In this document: one piece after another, positions 45,698 through 56,279 of the stretch
Position numbering within the stretch: position 1 is the first letter of the stretch
How the letters are laid out: the number at the start of each line of letters is the position of its first letter
Notes under the pieces: generated by a model
What the model was told of the DNA's origin: nothing
Databases searched by the model: none
The model's input: only the letters and a program-made list of their open reading frames with translations
Made by a program: the position numbers and the translations under genes
Assembly: GCA_015490675.1 (NCBI GenBank)
Contig: WFXI01000320.1
Location: forward strand, 25,640-89,639
Source: Hydrogenothermaceae bacterium
GTDB taxonomy: Bacteria > Aquificota > Aquificia > Aquificales > Hydrogenothermaceae
Reading direction: 5' to 3'
Length of the DNA stretch: 64,000 nucleotides

Positions 45698-47809
45698 CTA
45701 AAATGCTTTCGTAGATAACTTTGGCATTTCAACTTGTAAAATTGGAGGGTCTACATCAACCGTAAAACCCCTATAATCTGTTTCTCCAGTATGAAAAATA
45801 AATTCCCTATTTTCAAGTCTAATAAAATCTGCAGGATAAACTCTCCAATCTTCCCTTTCCATCATAGTAACAGAACCATCTGAATGATAATTAGTCAAAA
45901 GATCCTTTCCCATACCTATAATCTCAGCAAACTTTTGAGCTGTTTCAGGCGACTTTATCCTCATTATCATATAATTATTTATGTTTTCCAGAACAACTTT
46001 AGCCCTATCAGAACCAAGCTCTGCATCTAACTGGGATATTGATTGAAAATAAACATCCATATGTATTCCAACTTCTCTACCTTTATCAAAAAGATTTTCA
46101 ACTCCTATAAAGGCTTGAGTATAAAATTCATCAACATGAACTTTTAACTTCCTTGGAAGCTTCTTTCTTTGAGCATAAAAATATCCTGCTATAGAAGCAA
46201 GATTAGAGAGTAAAACTTTCCCAATAATTGAAGATGTATCTTTCATTAAAAGTGAAGCTGTTTCTACAAACAAAATAACTCCTTTCCCTTCCATAAGCCT
46301 TTTCACAAAATCATTCTCCGTAGATCTACCTATAATTGCACCTACAGAACCAATAGATAAAGATGTTAAAACAGTCCTTAAAGAAGCACCTACTTTAGCA
46401 AAGTTGTCTGAAGATGTTGCAAGTATCTGTTCTATATCAGACACAAGTTTTTCAGCTGTAGGGGTTTCTATAGTCATCAGAACATTCTTCATTTCTTCTA
46501 ACTTGGGAGCACTAAGCCATGATTTTATGTCATCAAAAGTAAAATCAGGCTTCACCTTTCTCTTATACTTGGATATTTCTATCAATCCATAAACTATAAT
46601 TGATGTAACTTCTCTAGCTATATTGAGATAAAACTCATCTTTAACTCTTATACCTGCAAGCACAGTATTTATAATAACTTCAGGCATAGAATAATATGCA
46701 AGAGGATTAATCTTCGATGAATATTCTGGATACACAGGATTTATATATATAAAATCTTTTAATCTCCCTGCTCTTATAGTCCACTCTAAAACAAAATTAA
46801 ATAAATCTCCCGACCCCTTTGGATCAATAACTACAACATTATCCCCATTAAGTATATCGTACTTTACTCTATTCATAAGGGTAAATGTTTTACCAACCCC
46901 AATTTGCCCTACTATTCCTGTATTGTAATTCCTTGACTTATCACTTTGATATATTGGGATAAGCTTTTTATTTAAAGGATAAACCCTATACCCCCATCCA
47001 AGATGAATATGCCCTTCTTTATGTTTATAATCGTGTTTCCCTTTCCCTATCTTGTCCTTTAAATGTTTTTGGTAATAATTTTCGTGGTATTTAACCAAAA
47101 TAACAGTACCTAATAAAAAAATAAATACAATACCTGGAACCTTAAACATATCAGTAAAAATTTGACTTTTAGCAACTAAAACTTTTTTATAAACCTCCAT
47201 AGGATGCTCATGAGTGACATTAGACAAAAAATAAACGAGTTTATTTAAAAATGAAGGACTATGTCCTAACAAATAATATAAAAATCCAAAAAAAGCCAAA
47301 AACAGAATGATTTTAACAATATACCCCGTAACTCTCCCCCAAGCATAAGCAGAAACAGTCTTCCTAGGACTAACACCATCATAGTAATTGCGAGTCATAT
47401 AATAAACAAATAACAAAAAGAAAATCTGAGTTGAAAAAGTAAACAAATAGATTAAAAAAGTAACAACCCATCTTTCATCTACATTAGGAAAAAGAATAAC
47501 AAATCCACTTTCGTATAAAAGATATATAGGATAAAGAAAAAATATTAATGTCAAAAACTCAAAAGAAACTACATCCTTAAAACCTATCTTAAAAACATTA
47601 AAAAAATCTTTAGTTGTAAAAAGATCCTGAGCTGTATGAAGTATCTTAGATTTCGACTCAACAGCATATCTTTTTTGAATGTAATCAAGTAAATCGAGTA
47701 AACTTTTAATATCATTCGTTGTATTTATTACACCACTATCTTTATCTATTCTTATATTACCTTGAGTATAATTAGATCTTCCATTAAAAGAAGAACCTGA
47801 CATTTCCAT
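45698..47809 (-). CDS. traD: Type IV coupling protein TraD/VirD4
   Basis: N-terminal TMs; GQIGVGKT, VIDPKG, INPL, HVDEFY, DKGREVG, QSISQL, PETAQ. Confidence 0.9.
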   Translation of the reverse strand: MEMSGSSFNGRSNYTQGNIRIDKDSGVINTTNDIKSLLDLLDYIQKRYAVESKSKILHTAQDLFTTKDFFNVFKIGFKDVVSFEFLTLIFFLYPIYLLYESGFVILFPNVDERWVVTFLIYLFTFSTQIFFLLFVYYMTRNYYDGVSPRKTVSAYAWGRVTGYIVKIILFLAFFGFLYYLLGHSPSFLNKLVYFLSNVTHEHPMEVYKKVLVAKSQIFTDMFKVPGIVFIFLLGTVILVKYHENYYQKHLKDKIGKGKHDYKHKEGHIHLGWGYRVYPLNKKLIPIYQSDKSRNYNTGIVGQIGVGKTFTLMNRVKYDILNGDNVVVIDPKGSGDLFNFVLEWTIRAGRLKDFIYINPVYPEYSSKINPLAYYSMPEVIINTVLAGIRVKDEFYLNIAREVTSIIVYGLIEISKYKRKVKPDFTFDDIKSWLSAPKLEEMKNVLMTIETPTAEKLVSDIEQILATSSDNFAKVGASLRTVLTSLSIGSVGAIIGRSTENDFVKRLMEGKGVILFVETASLLMKDTSSIIGKVLLSNLASIAGYFYAQRKKLPRKLKVHVDEFYTQAFIGVENLFDKGREVGIHMDVYFQSISQLDAELGSDRAKVVLENINNYMIMRIKSPETAQKFAEIIGMGKDLLTNYHSDGSVTMMEREDWRVYPADFIRLENREFIFHTGETDYRGFTVDVDPPILQVEMPKLSTKAF

Positions 47810-47862
47810 TCACCTCAACTAAAAATTAAAAGTAAGTACTAAACACAATACCTACTACAACT

Positions 47863-48903
47863 TTATAAAGCACTAAATAAAACTCTAGCAGCTTCTTTCC
47901 TACCTAAAATATCGAAAGGTTTCCCACCAACAAGTAAAACCAGAGAATTTTTTCCTCCCATTAGACCAATACCATTTTTGGAAACAAACCTAGGAGCTAT
48001 ACCTGTTGAAATATAATAGTCAAGAGCCTTTTTAAAAAGCCTATATTCATTTTCATCTAAAAATCCAGAAACTCCAACTGGGAACAGACTAAATTCTCTT
48101 ATTCCTTTTTCTTTTTCTATCACAAGTACAGGTACAGGGGCTTTATCTACATTAGATTTTCCATAAATAGAACTTTTTCGACTATCTATTTGTTCTAAAA
48201 ATTTCTCTATTTCATCTTTCAAAAAATCAATAATATAATAATCTAAATAAAGTAAAGTATACCTAGCCTCCTCAGCGGTATGCATAAACTCAAATATAAC
48301 CTGCTGATAAGGATAAAAAGCACTAAAAACTTCTTTTAAAGTAAACTGCTCAGGAGAATAACTTTTAAAATTAGTATAAGCATCTTCTAAAAAAGCAGAA
48401 AACTGAGAAAAATTAGCATCCAACATATATTTTTTATAATTCTGTAAAAAGAATCTATACTGATCCTCTTCATCTTCATGACTTAATAATTCATTCCAAA
48501 ATAACCTTAAAACATTAATAAATCTACTTTTATCTCCATTTAAAGAAGATAAAAAGTCCCTCAATACTCCATAAGCACTCTTTACAGAAGGAGAGGACAA
48601 AAGTAATCTAAATGTTTTACTACCTTTTACTCCTTTGTTATTAAATTCACTATATGAATAACTATAATCTCTTAAAAGTATAGCTCTTAAAGAAACATAA
48701 AAATCTATTGTATTTTTTACACTATAATTTCCTATAAAAGGCTTATAAGGTTTAGACTTTTTTCTATGAAAAAAAACTTTATCTTCTGGAGGTCTAACAT
48801 CAAAACCAATATCAAGCCTTCTACCGTTCCAAGAAATAGATACATCAAACTTAGTAGAACCAAACAAAAAAGATAAATGTCTATCCTGCTGCACAACACT
48901 CAT
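47863..48903 (-). CDS. Hypothetical protein
   Basis: 346-aa ORF overlapping the upstream protease gene. Confidence 0.6.
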   Translation of the reverse strand: MSVVQQDRHLSFLFGSTKFDVSISWNGRRLDIGFDVRPPEDKVFFHRKKSKPYKPFIGNYSVKNTIDFYVSLRAILLRDYSYSYSEFNNKGVKGSKTFRLLLSSPSVKSAYGVLRDFLSSLNGDKSRFINVLRLFWNELLSHEDEEDQYRFFLQNYKKYMLDANFSQFSAFLEDAYTNFKSYSPEQFTLKEVFSAFYPYQQVIFEFMHTAEEARYTLLYLDYYIIDFLKDEIEKFLEQIDSRKSSIYGKSNVDKAPVPVLVIEKEKGIREFSLFPVGVSGFLDENEYRLFKKALDYYISTGIAPRFVSKNGIGLMGGKNSLVLLVGGKPFDILGRKEAARVLFSAL

Positions 48904-49607
48904 AATTTTCCCCCTAAAAAGATTTCTTTAAAAAAAGAATGCAAATCTTTAAAAACCAAAACAAGGAAAAAAACCCCTAAAATATAAAACTTAAAAAACT
49001 CAAGATATTCCTTATTAAAGGAATAATATAGAGAAATAATTATTAAAATAAGTCCTATAATTAAAGTTTTTATTTTAAGGAAAATATCTACCTTTTTTAT
49101 ATCTATGTTCAAAATTAATAAAAATCCTCTCAATGCCCTACCACCATCTAAAGGATATACCGGAATCAAATTTACTATTGCTATTAAAAAATTTGCTAAA
49201 GACAAAATATTAAAAACAGCAAAATCAGTAATAATATAAACAACATAAAAAATATAACTAAGAACAATACTAACTAAAGGACCAGAAAGAGCAATATACC
49301 CTTCTTTTTTACCATCTGAAATATCCTCATCAAAAAACAAAGTTGAACCTAGGAAATGGATATAAAAACCTCTTATATTCTTTACTTCTTTTCTTAATGC
49401 AGCAAATAAATGTCCCAATTCATGAAAAAACAAACTCAAATATATAAAAACAGAAGACAAAAAAGAAACAAAGAATGAATAGTAACTACTAAAAATTAGG
49501 AAAACAAACAAAACACCCAGAAAAAAGGAAATATTAATAACAAAAGGAATTTTTACATATTTAAAAGAAACCAAATACTCAAAATTAAATTTCAAAAAAA
49601 CCCCCAA
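48900..49607 (-). CDS. Site-2 (M50) intramembrane metalloprotease
   Basis: FHELGH, IALSGPLVS, NLIPVYPLDGGR; multi-TM. Confidence 0.9.
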   Translation of the reverse strand: MGVFLKFNFEYLVSFKYVKIPFVINISFFLGVLFVFLIFSSYYSFFVSFLSSVFIYLSLFFHELGHLFAALRKEVKNIRGFYIHFLGSTLFFDEDISDGKKEGYIALSGPLVSIVLSYIFYVVYIITDFAVFNILSLANFLIAIVNLIPVYPLDGGRALRGFLLILNIDIKKVDIFLKIKTLIIGLILIIISLYYSFNKEYLEFFKFYILGVFFLVLVFKDLHSFFKEIFLGGKL

Positions 49608-49682
49608 AAAAATTTTTTAGCATAATATATATCTAACATATCATATCATACTTTAAATTCAAAAAATTCTTTGTAAAAAAAC

Positions 49683-50882
49683 TTAAAATCTAGATAACAA
49701 AGCATACTCAAATTCATCCAATAATCTATCTAAACTAGTATCCTGCAATAAAACTGAATTTACTGTAATTTTCCCTATCTTTTTTTTCATATCATTAAAC
49801 GAAGAAAATCCTATGCTTTTAAAAGATATGGAAACTTTAGATATACTTCTAAATGAAAAAGTAAAATAATCTCTATAAAATTTTATATTTGAAAAAAATC
49901 TCAACAAATTACTCTTAAACTCAAAAAAAGATTTAGAAACAAACATAAAATATAAAAATATATTTCTCAAAATAAAATATATATTTAAAGAATTATCAAG
50001 ATTATCTCTTCCTTCAATAAATAACTGATACATTTTTTTTCTTATCAAAACATTTATTTTCTCATCATCAAAAATCGGTAAACCTAAATAACTTTCCAAA
50101 AAAGAACTATCATTATAAGGAAAACAATAATAAGAAGAAAAACTTCTAAATACTAAATAATTATGATCAAGTAATAAAAAAAATCTAGCTAAATAACTAT
50201 CGTCCTTAGTTTTTAAATATAATGAAAGAAAATCTTTAAGAAGATCATATGGCTCTCCTTTATAAAAAATAATAGGAATGCCATCAAAATCACTTATATT
50301 CTTCCTAAAAACATAATTAATAAAATTAACCATATATACTAAATAAGATGAGGTATAGATATATTTCCTATTCTTATAAACAAATTTCAAATAAGCATCT
50401 ATCTCCTGAAGATATGTTTTATCTAAAGATTTACCCAGATTACCATTAGTTCTTATAATACTATAAATTTCATTTCCCTGAGCTATAATTTTCCTTTTTA
50501 TAGGAGATTCAAAAAAGGGAACAATCTGAATATAAATACCTGACTCTTTAGCTTTATCATGTAATACTCGCTTTAAAATAGAAAAACGACGACCTGAAAA
50601 ATTTTTCTCACCATCCTTTATATATAAATCTACCAAAATCCCCCCTGGATAGAATATATCCAAATCATAAGAATAGTCTCCTAAATTAACTGTGCGATCT
50701 GAAAAATATTCTTTAATTTGACCTGTTTTTTTAGAAACATACCTTCTTTTTACACTAGTATAAACAACACTTTCTTTCAAAGAAGATAAAAAATTAGATA
50801 TTAATAAATAAATCCTACTAATATCTATTTTTTTTCCCTCACTGCATAAAGAAATTGGACAAATTTGAAATCTAACTCTCAA
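49683..50882 (-). CDS. Hypothetical protein
   Basis: 399-aa ORF; no recognised motif. Confidence 0.5.
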   Translation of the reverse strand: MRVRFQICPISLCSEGKKIDISRIYLLISNFLSSLKESVVYTSVKRRYVSKKTGQIKEYFSDRTVNLGDYSYDLDIFYPGGILVDLYIKDGEKNFSGRRFSILKRVLHDKAKESGIYIQIVPFFESPIKRKIIAQGNEIYSIIRTNGNLGKSLDKTYLQEIDAYLKFVYKNRKYIYTSSYLVYMVNFINYVFRKNISDFDGIPIIFYKGEPYDLLKDFLSLYLKTKDDSYLARFFLLLDHNYLVFRSFSSYYCFPYNDSSFLESYLGLPIFDDEKINVLIRKKMYQLFIEGRDNLDNSLNIYFILRNIFLYFMFVSKSFFEFKSNLLRFFSNIKFYRDYFTFSFRSISKVSISFKSIGFSSFNDMKKKIGKITVNSVLLQDTSLDRLLDEFEYALLSRF

Positions 50883-50961
50883 GATAAAAACCTGAAATTC
50901 TTATTTTAGAAGAAAGAAACAACAAGGAGAAAAATTCCCCTTGTTACTAAGCTAAAAGATA

Positions 50962-51255
50962 TTAATAAACAAATCCCATTCCATTTACAATTGTTGGGAG
51001 TAATAATATAATTGCAGCTACTAATAGTCCACCAAAAAACCATAAAAACTGACCTGAAGCAAACGCTCTCCAAGCACCAACAATACCAACACCAATAGCC
51101 ATAATAATTCCAGGAATACCTGTAACCCAACCAACAACGGTATCATAAAGAGACTGGAACTCTGCACCATTAGTATTTGTAAATGCGAAAGACAAATCAG
51201 GCAATAATGCCACTAAAGCTAATGCCAAAGTAAACAAAGAAAGTTTTCCTCTCAT
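50962..51255 (-). CDS. traA: Conjugative pilin TraA (VirB2-like)
   Basis: Signal peptide ending SFA, EFQSLYDTVVGWVTG.PG, two TM helices; AGGAGG SD. Confidence 0.85.
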   Translation of the reverse strand: MRGKLSLFTLALALVALLPDLSFAFTNTNGAEFQSLYDTVVGWVTGIPGIIMAIGVGIVGAWRAFASGQFLWFFGGLLVAAIILLLPTIVNGMGFVY

Positions 51256-51386
51256 AATATAAAACCTCCTAAAAAAATTTTTACCAAATATGTCTATCTA
51301 TAGAATTATCAAATAATCAAAATATTCTATATTCTTAATCTTTATTTCATTTCATATCATATCATAATATATTTTTATAAAAATTT

Positions 51387-52739
51387 TCAAGAAAAATATT
51401 CAAAAATAACCTTATTTTTATTAACAGAATAATCTATATCAACAGTATAATACTTAGAATAAACTCCTTTAGTATTAGAAAACTTAGCCAATAAAGTTTT
51501 CCTAGGAACTAAATATCTAATCTGTCCTTTATTAGTCTTTAACTTTCTTTCAATTAAGTCAAATTCTATTTCATTAACTCCCAAAATTATCTTAGAAGCT
51601 GTATTAACAAGTACATCTGAAGAAAAATGTTTCAAACTCTGACTAGCAACTAACACTCCCACTCCAAATTTTCTCCCTTCTTTTAAAATAACATTTAATA
51701 TATGATCAGGATCTTCTGTAGCAAAAATATGTGCTTCATCTAAAAGTATAAAAGTATCTAAATTATTCAAACCTCTTTCTCTTTTTCTATTAAAAATATC
51801 TTCAAGTAAAAAGTCAACAAAAATTTTCTGTTCATCCCTTCTCATAGAATTAATCTTATATATGATAACTTTAATATCATCATCTATAGAAGGCATATTT
51901 CCAGAAAAAACTCCTGATTTTTCTAATTCATCAATGTAAACTAATAAACTCTTAACAACATCATAAGAATCATACTTAAGAATTTCATCCAATTCACAAC
52001 CAGTTTCAATAGAATCTACATAATTAATAAATAATTCCTTTACCTTACTTTTTAAATCAGATATTCTGTCTATAATTTTCTCAGCATCTGAACTACCTCG
52101 ATTTTTTAAATACTTCATATTATATTTATGAATTAGGTTTACTTTCTTATTTAATTCTTCCAAATAAGCAACAGTCTTAGAATTAGCACCTAAGAAAAGT
52201 TGCTTTACCCTATATTCCAAAAATCTTTTTAAATCAGAAATATCAGGATACTTTTTCTCATATTTTGAATTTTTCCTAGGATCAAAATCCAATCCCCAAG
52301 TAGAAGGATCATTAGCATAAAAACCATTTGCTGCATAAAGGTCAAACAATATATTAGTCAAGGCATTTTCTTGTTTAATACCTAATTTCCTTGTTGTTCT
52401 ATTTAAAGAAGAAATAAAAGACTTAACTCTTTTTCTAACACCACCAAAATCTTTATCTGTTGATAAAACCAAAGGATTCAATCCATAACCACTCGTCTCA
52501 GAAAAATCAAAAGATTTAACCCCTTTACCTTCTAAATCTATATCTCCATGAACATCTATAACATGAAATTCAACACCATCAAAATTACGAGAAATATTAC
52601 TTACAAACTCTTTGATAAATGTGGTCTTACCAGAACCACTAGCACCAATAACTAAAAAATGGTGGTTAGCTACTTTTTCTGAATCCCAACAAACATACTG
52701 ACTATTATCAAACTTATTTCTTCCCAAAAAAAATAACAC
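51387..52739 (-). CDS. HerA/FtsK-superfamily (DUF87-like) ATPase
   Basis: HFLVIGASGSGKT, IDVHGD, LLDEAHIF, EGRKFGVG..VASQ. Confidence 0.85.
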   Translation of the reverse strand: MLFFLGRNKFDNSQYVCWDSEKVANHHFLVIGASGSGKTTFIKEFVSNISRNFDGVEFHVIDVHGDIDLEGKGVKSFDFSETSGYGLNPLVLSTDKDFGGVRKRVKSFISSLNRTTRKLGIKQENALTNILFDLYAANGFYANDPSTWGLDFDPRKNSKYEKKYPDISDLKRFLEYRVKQLFLGANSKTVAYLEELNKKVNLIHKYNMKYLKNRGSSDAEKIIDRISDLKSKVKELFINYVDSIETGCELDEILKYDSYDVVKSLLVYIDELEKSGVFSGNMPSIDDDIKVIIYKINSMRRDEQKIFVDFLLEDIFNRKRERGLNNLDTFILLDEAHIFATEDPDHILNVILKEGRKFGVGVLVASQSLKHFSSDVLVNTASKIILGVNEIEFDLIERKLKTNKGQIRYLVPRKTLLAKFSNTKGVYSKYYTVDIDYSVNKNKVIFEYFS

Positions 52740-52770
52740 AACAAAAACCCCTAAATATATTATTTTTTTC

Positions 52771-53463
52771 CTATTTTTTAGATTTTATTTGAGAAGCACA
52801 ATACTCGTTAAAATAAGCATAATCCTTTTCATTCCTAGTTTGAACCCAAACTTTACCCCTCCCTCTAAAATCTGCAACCAATCCCTCTTTTGAAAAAATA
52901 AAAGACTTAAAATTACCTATAGGCTTTATCTTAACATCAAGTCCTTCCGTATATGCCAAAACATGTCCAGTATCAACAATACAGGAAGATTCTACATCCA
53001 ACTCAACTATAGAACCAAAACCTGATAAGAAAAAAACTCCATCGCCTTCTACAGAAAGAAAAGACAAACCTTTCATCGAAAAGAAAGAACTTGTATTACC
53101 AACACGACCTGTTATACCAATATTCTTACCAACCAAAGCTAAAAAAGATCCAGGTCTTGCTAAAATTCGTCCTCCCTCCATAAATACATCTAATACAGAA
53201 CCTGGATAACCAGGAGCAAAAGCAACTTCACCTTTTTCTCCATCTTTCAAAAAAAATTTATTCAAAAATGCATATTCCTTGGCAAACAAAACCCTCTTAA
53301 CAACATCTCCTATACCACCATATAACCCTGAAGAAATGCCAATATTACTATCTTGATATATCATAGCTCCCGCATCGGCTAAGATATATTCTTTATCCTC
53401 TGGAGCCTCTAATAAAATCTTCAAAATACCAAAAGATGGATTTCCTTCGATACTATATTTCAT
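52771..53463 (-). CDS. AIM24/TIGR00266 family protein
   Basis: ADAGAMIY, GEVAFAPGYPG, FGSI, VDTGHVLAY, EGLVADFRGRGKVWVQTRN. Confidence 0.88.
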   Translation of the reverse strand: MKYSIEGNPSFGILKILLEAPEDKEYILADAGAMIYQDSNIGISSGLYGGIGDVVKRVLFAKEYAFLNKFFLKDGEKGEVAFAPGYPGSVLDVFMEGGRILARPGSFLALVGKNIGITGRVGNTSSFFSMKGLSFLSVEGDGVFFLSGFGSIVELDVESSCIVDTGHVLAYTEGLDVKIKPIGNFKSFIFSKEGLVADFRGRGKVWVQTRNEKDYAYFNEYCASQIKSKK

Positions 53464-53534
53464 ATAAAAACAATCCCAAAAGCAATAAAAAAGAATAAAT
53501 ACATTTATATCATATCATATAAATATTTAAAATA

Positions 53535-53918
53535 TCAAAAAGCATAAGAATTACAAAAATAAATATCGTCCTTCAAATCTTTACAAACTTTAAAATCAAA
53601 ACAACTTTCCATCCTTTCCAATATTTCCTTAACCGATTTTAAAGTTTGTAAGAACAAAGAAATTCTAATAGATTCACTAAAACACAAAAATTCAGGAGAT
53701 AAAAAATCAGATTTTATCTTCTCATTAATATTAACTAACTCATCGTAAAGTCCCCAAATTTTAACCTGAGTATTAAAATCAAGCAAATCAAACTTAGAAG
53801 AAGTTATAACTTCTTCTAAAAATCTATCACAAACACGCCTTATTGCAAAATAAACATCTCCTATAAAAAAAACCTTCCCCTGAATATGAATACCATCTAA
53901 TAATATTTTTGAAGACAT
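53535..53918 (-). CDS. Hypothetical protein
   Basis: 127-aa ORF; GAGGAGGT SD. Confidence 0.55.
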   Translation of the reverse strand: MSSKILLDGIHIQGKVFFIGDVYFAIRRVCDRFLEEVITSSKFDLLDFNTQVKIWGLYDELVNINEKIKSDFLSPEFLCFSESIRISLFLQTLKSVKEILERMESCFDFKVCKDLKDDIYFCNSYAF

Positions 53919-54151
53919 AAAAATACCTCCTCAAAAAATAAAAATACAGGCCCCCTATATCATCATATTCTTATATTTATAATACCTTTATATATAATTT
54001 TATAAAAAATATATATTATTCTTACTATATATTTTTCTTAATTTGTAATATAATAAGCTAAAAAAATTCTTTTTGCAAACTCTTAAATAAACAAACAAGT
54101 AAATTTAGAAAAAACAATCTCTAAATATAAATAAAAGGAACTATAACAATT

Positions 54152-54697
54152 CTATTTATTAAAAATACAAACATAAGAAGGTTTAGAAATATTCCTACAA
54201 ATATTTCTTTTACCTTGTAAACAAAAAGATAAAGCAGTATAAAAACATTCTCTATTATTCTCTATATCAGAAACACGATCCATAATATTTTCAAAAACCC
54301 TAAAAACATATTTATCTTTCGTAGACGTACATATCTTAGAAGAAATCTTTGATACAGGTATATATAAATATCTACTATCTAAAAATTTTCTAATATATTT
54401 AGACTTTTTTATCTTAAGAAAATAATCTCCGGAATAATCTTTTACACAATGCATAGTTAAAATGAAAACACCTTCACTATGCCCTAAAATAGAATCTTTA
54501 AAATACCTTTGATTAAAATATTTATAATTAGCTATCCTGGATACCCAATTATAAATATAAAATAAAGCCCTATCTTCAACAAAAGAATCATTTTTAAAAA
54601 CATTCTGATTTGTCAAAGTTTCTAAACTAATATTACCACCTAAAGAAAATTTCAAACAAAAAACTAAAATAAAAAAGGATAAAAATATACTCCTCAT
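54152..54697 (-). CDS. Exported hypothetical protein
   Basis: Signal peptide-like N-terminus; Cys-containing C-terminus. Confidence 0.5.
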   Translation of the reverse strand: MRSIFLSFFILVFCLKFSLGGNISLETLTNQNVFKNDSFVEDRALFYIYNWVSRIANYKYFNQRYFKDSILGHSEGVFILTMHCVKDYSGDYFLKIKKSKYIRKFLDSRYLYIPVSKISSKICTSTKDKYVFRVFENIMDRVSDIENNRECFYTALSFCLQGKRNICRNISKPSYVCIFNK

Positions 54698-54789
54698 AAA
54701 TACCTAAACAATATAAATTAAAAATTTTTATGATATGATACTACAAAAATTAAAAAACCTAAAGTTAAAAAAATAAATATATTAGGGAG

Positions 54790-56181
54790 GTGCTAAAAAT
54801 GAAAAAATTTTCCTATTTATCGTTATTTGCCTTAATATTAAGTTTAATAACATCCTGTGCAACCTTACCTGAATACAAAGGGAAAAAACCTGAAAAAGAT
54901 GACTTGTCAAGTTTAAGAAAGCATCTTGCTTTTAACAACTGGAAATTCTTACCTTTATCACCCACTGAAACAATAGTTTCCTTTTATGACTGGCAAAGAA
55001 ACAAAAATGTTTACAACATAAAAAATGCTTTAAAAGACTACTGCAAAGTTCAAGGTGGAACATTTTATGGAACATTTTGTGAAGGTGGAAATGACCCATT
55101 TAGCTTTAGAATTGTTAAAGGCAAAGGAAAATTTTATAAAAGTTCTGGAACATATTTTTATAATTATTTTGCATATGTCAAAACTACTAAACCAGATATT
55201 AATCTAGATTATGGTTTTTACAACTATGATTTTATGAATGAAATTAGACTACTAGACTTAGATAAATTTATAGAAAAAAACAGTGGTTTTGCAGAAACTT
55301 TTAAAGATTTAAATAAAGAAAAAGATAAATATATATTTGAAATATACACATACCAAGAAGAAGCTCCTTTTGAAATTACCAAAAATACTTTTGGTGGATT
55401 CTGGGAAATTATAGAATACTGCAAAGCTCATAATGGAGAAATACAAAAAATTGAAAATGAAAATAGAAAACCTTTCAACATATGGATGAAAGAACTATTT
55501 TTAAATCATAGCGGTAGAAGTTTCTTTGGATACCCTTCTCACAAAAAATTTACACTAGAAGGGAAATATGTTTGTACCAGTTCAGATCAACCTTTTAAAT
55601 TTACAATACACGGGATAAGAATAACAAACTCTCTTGGTGGATTTGCCGTATATAAAGTAAAACTTTGGAAGGTAAAAAATCCACCTAAAAACCAGTTTAA
55701 AATAGATAAAACTTTACCTTCTAAGCCTAAACAAACTTCTTCAGTTAAACCAATTTTATCCATAGAAGATAAACTTGCTTTAGATGCAGTTAACAATAAA
55801 ACTCAAATTATAAAAAGAGATGGACCAAGAATTTATAAAGCAACCTACGCATTTTCTGATGAGGGCTGTCAATATGCCCTCGTTGTTGACCAAATTCCAA
55901 GAATGGAACCTCCAAACATAATGACTTATAAAATCTGCAATGGAAAAATAGTAGAAAAAAATCATACTAGAGTTATAGAACCTATACCAAACTTCATAAA
56001 GCCAAAAATTAAAGAAGTAATAAACCAAGCAAAATTAAGAAAATTTGCCATTTACAAAGATAATTATGGATATACAATAGCAGCAAGAGCTCTAAGAGAA
56101 AATGATCTTTGCAACATAGATGCATTTGTTATGCATAACAACCAAATAATATTTTCTAAAACAATAAATATTTGTAACTAG
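54790..56181 (+). CDS. Lipoprotein of unknown function with internal repeat
   Basis: Lipobox ITSC; repeated YCK..GG/NG...C...PF.F segments. Confidence 0.65.
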   Translation: MLKMKKFSYLSLFALILSLITSCATLPEYKGKKPEKDDLSSLRKHLAFNNWKFLPLSPTETIVSFYDWQRNKNVYNIKNALKDYCKVQGGTFYGTFCEGGNDPFSFRIVKGKGKFYKSSGTYFYNYFAYVKTTKPDINLDYGFYNYDFMNEIRLLDLDKFIEKNSGFAETFKDLNKEKDKYIFEIYTYQEEAPFEITKNTFGGFWEIIEYCKAHNGEIQKIENENRKPFNIWMKELFLNHSGRSFFGYPSHKKFTLEGKYVCTSSDQPFKFTIHGIRITNSLGGFAVYKVKLWKVKNPPKNQFKIDKTLPSKPKQTSSVKPILSIEDKLALDAVNNKTQIIKRDGPRIYKATYAFSDEGCQYALVVDQIPRMEPPNIMTYKICNGKIVEKNHTRVIEPIPNFIKPKIKEVINQAKLRKFAIYKDNYGYTIAARALRENDLCNIDAFVMHNNQIIFSKTINICN

Positions 56182-56279
56182 GAAAATATCGGCTCGGAAG
56201 TACAGATGCTATCCGAGCTCTAAAAAAATAAAATCTCAAAGTTATATATAACAACAAAAATATTAAAAAAGAGTAAAGA

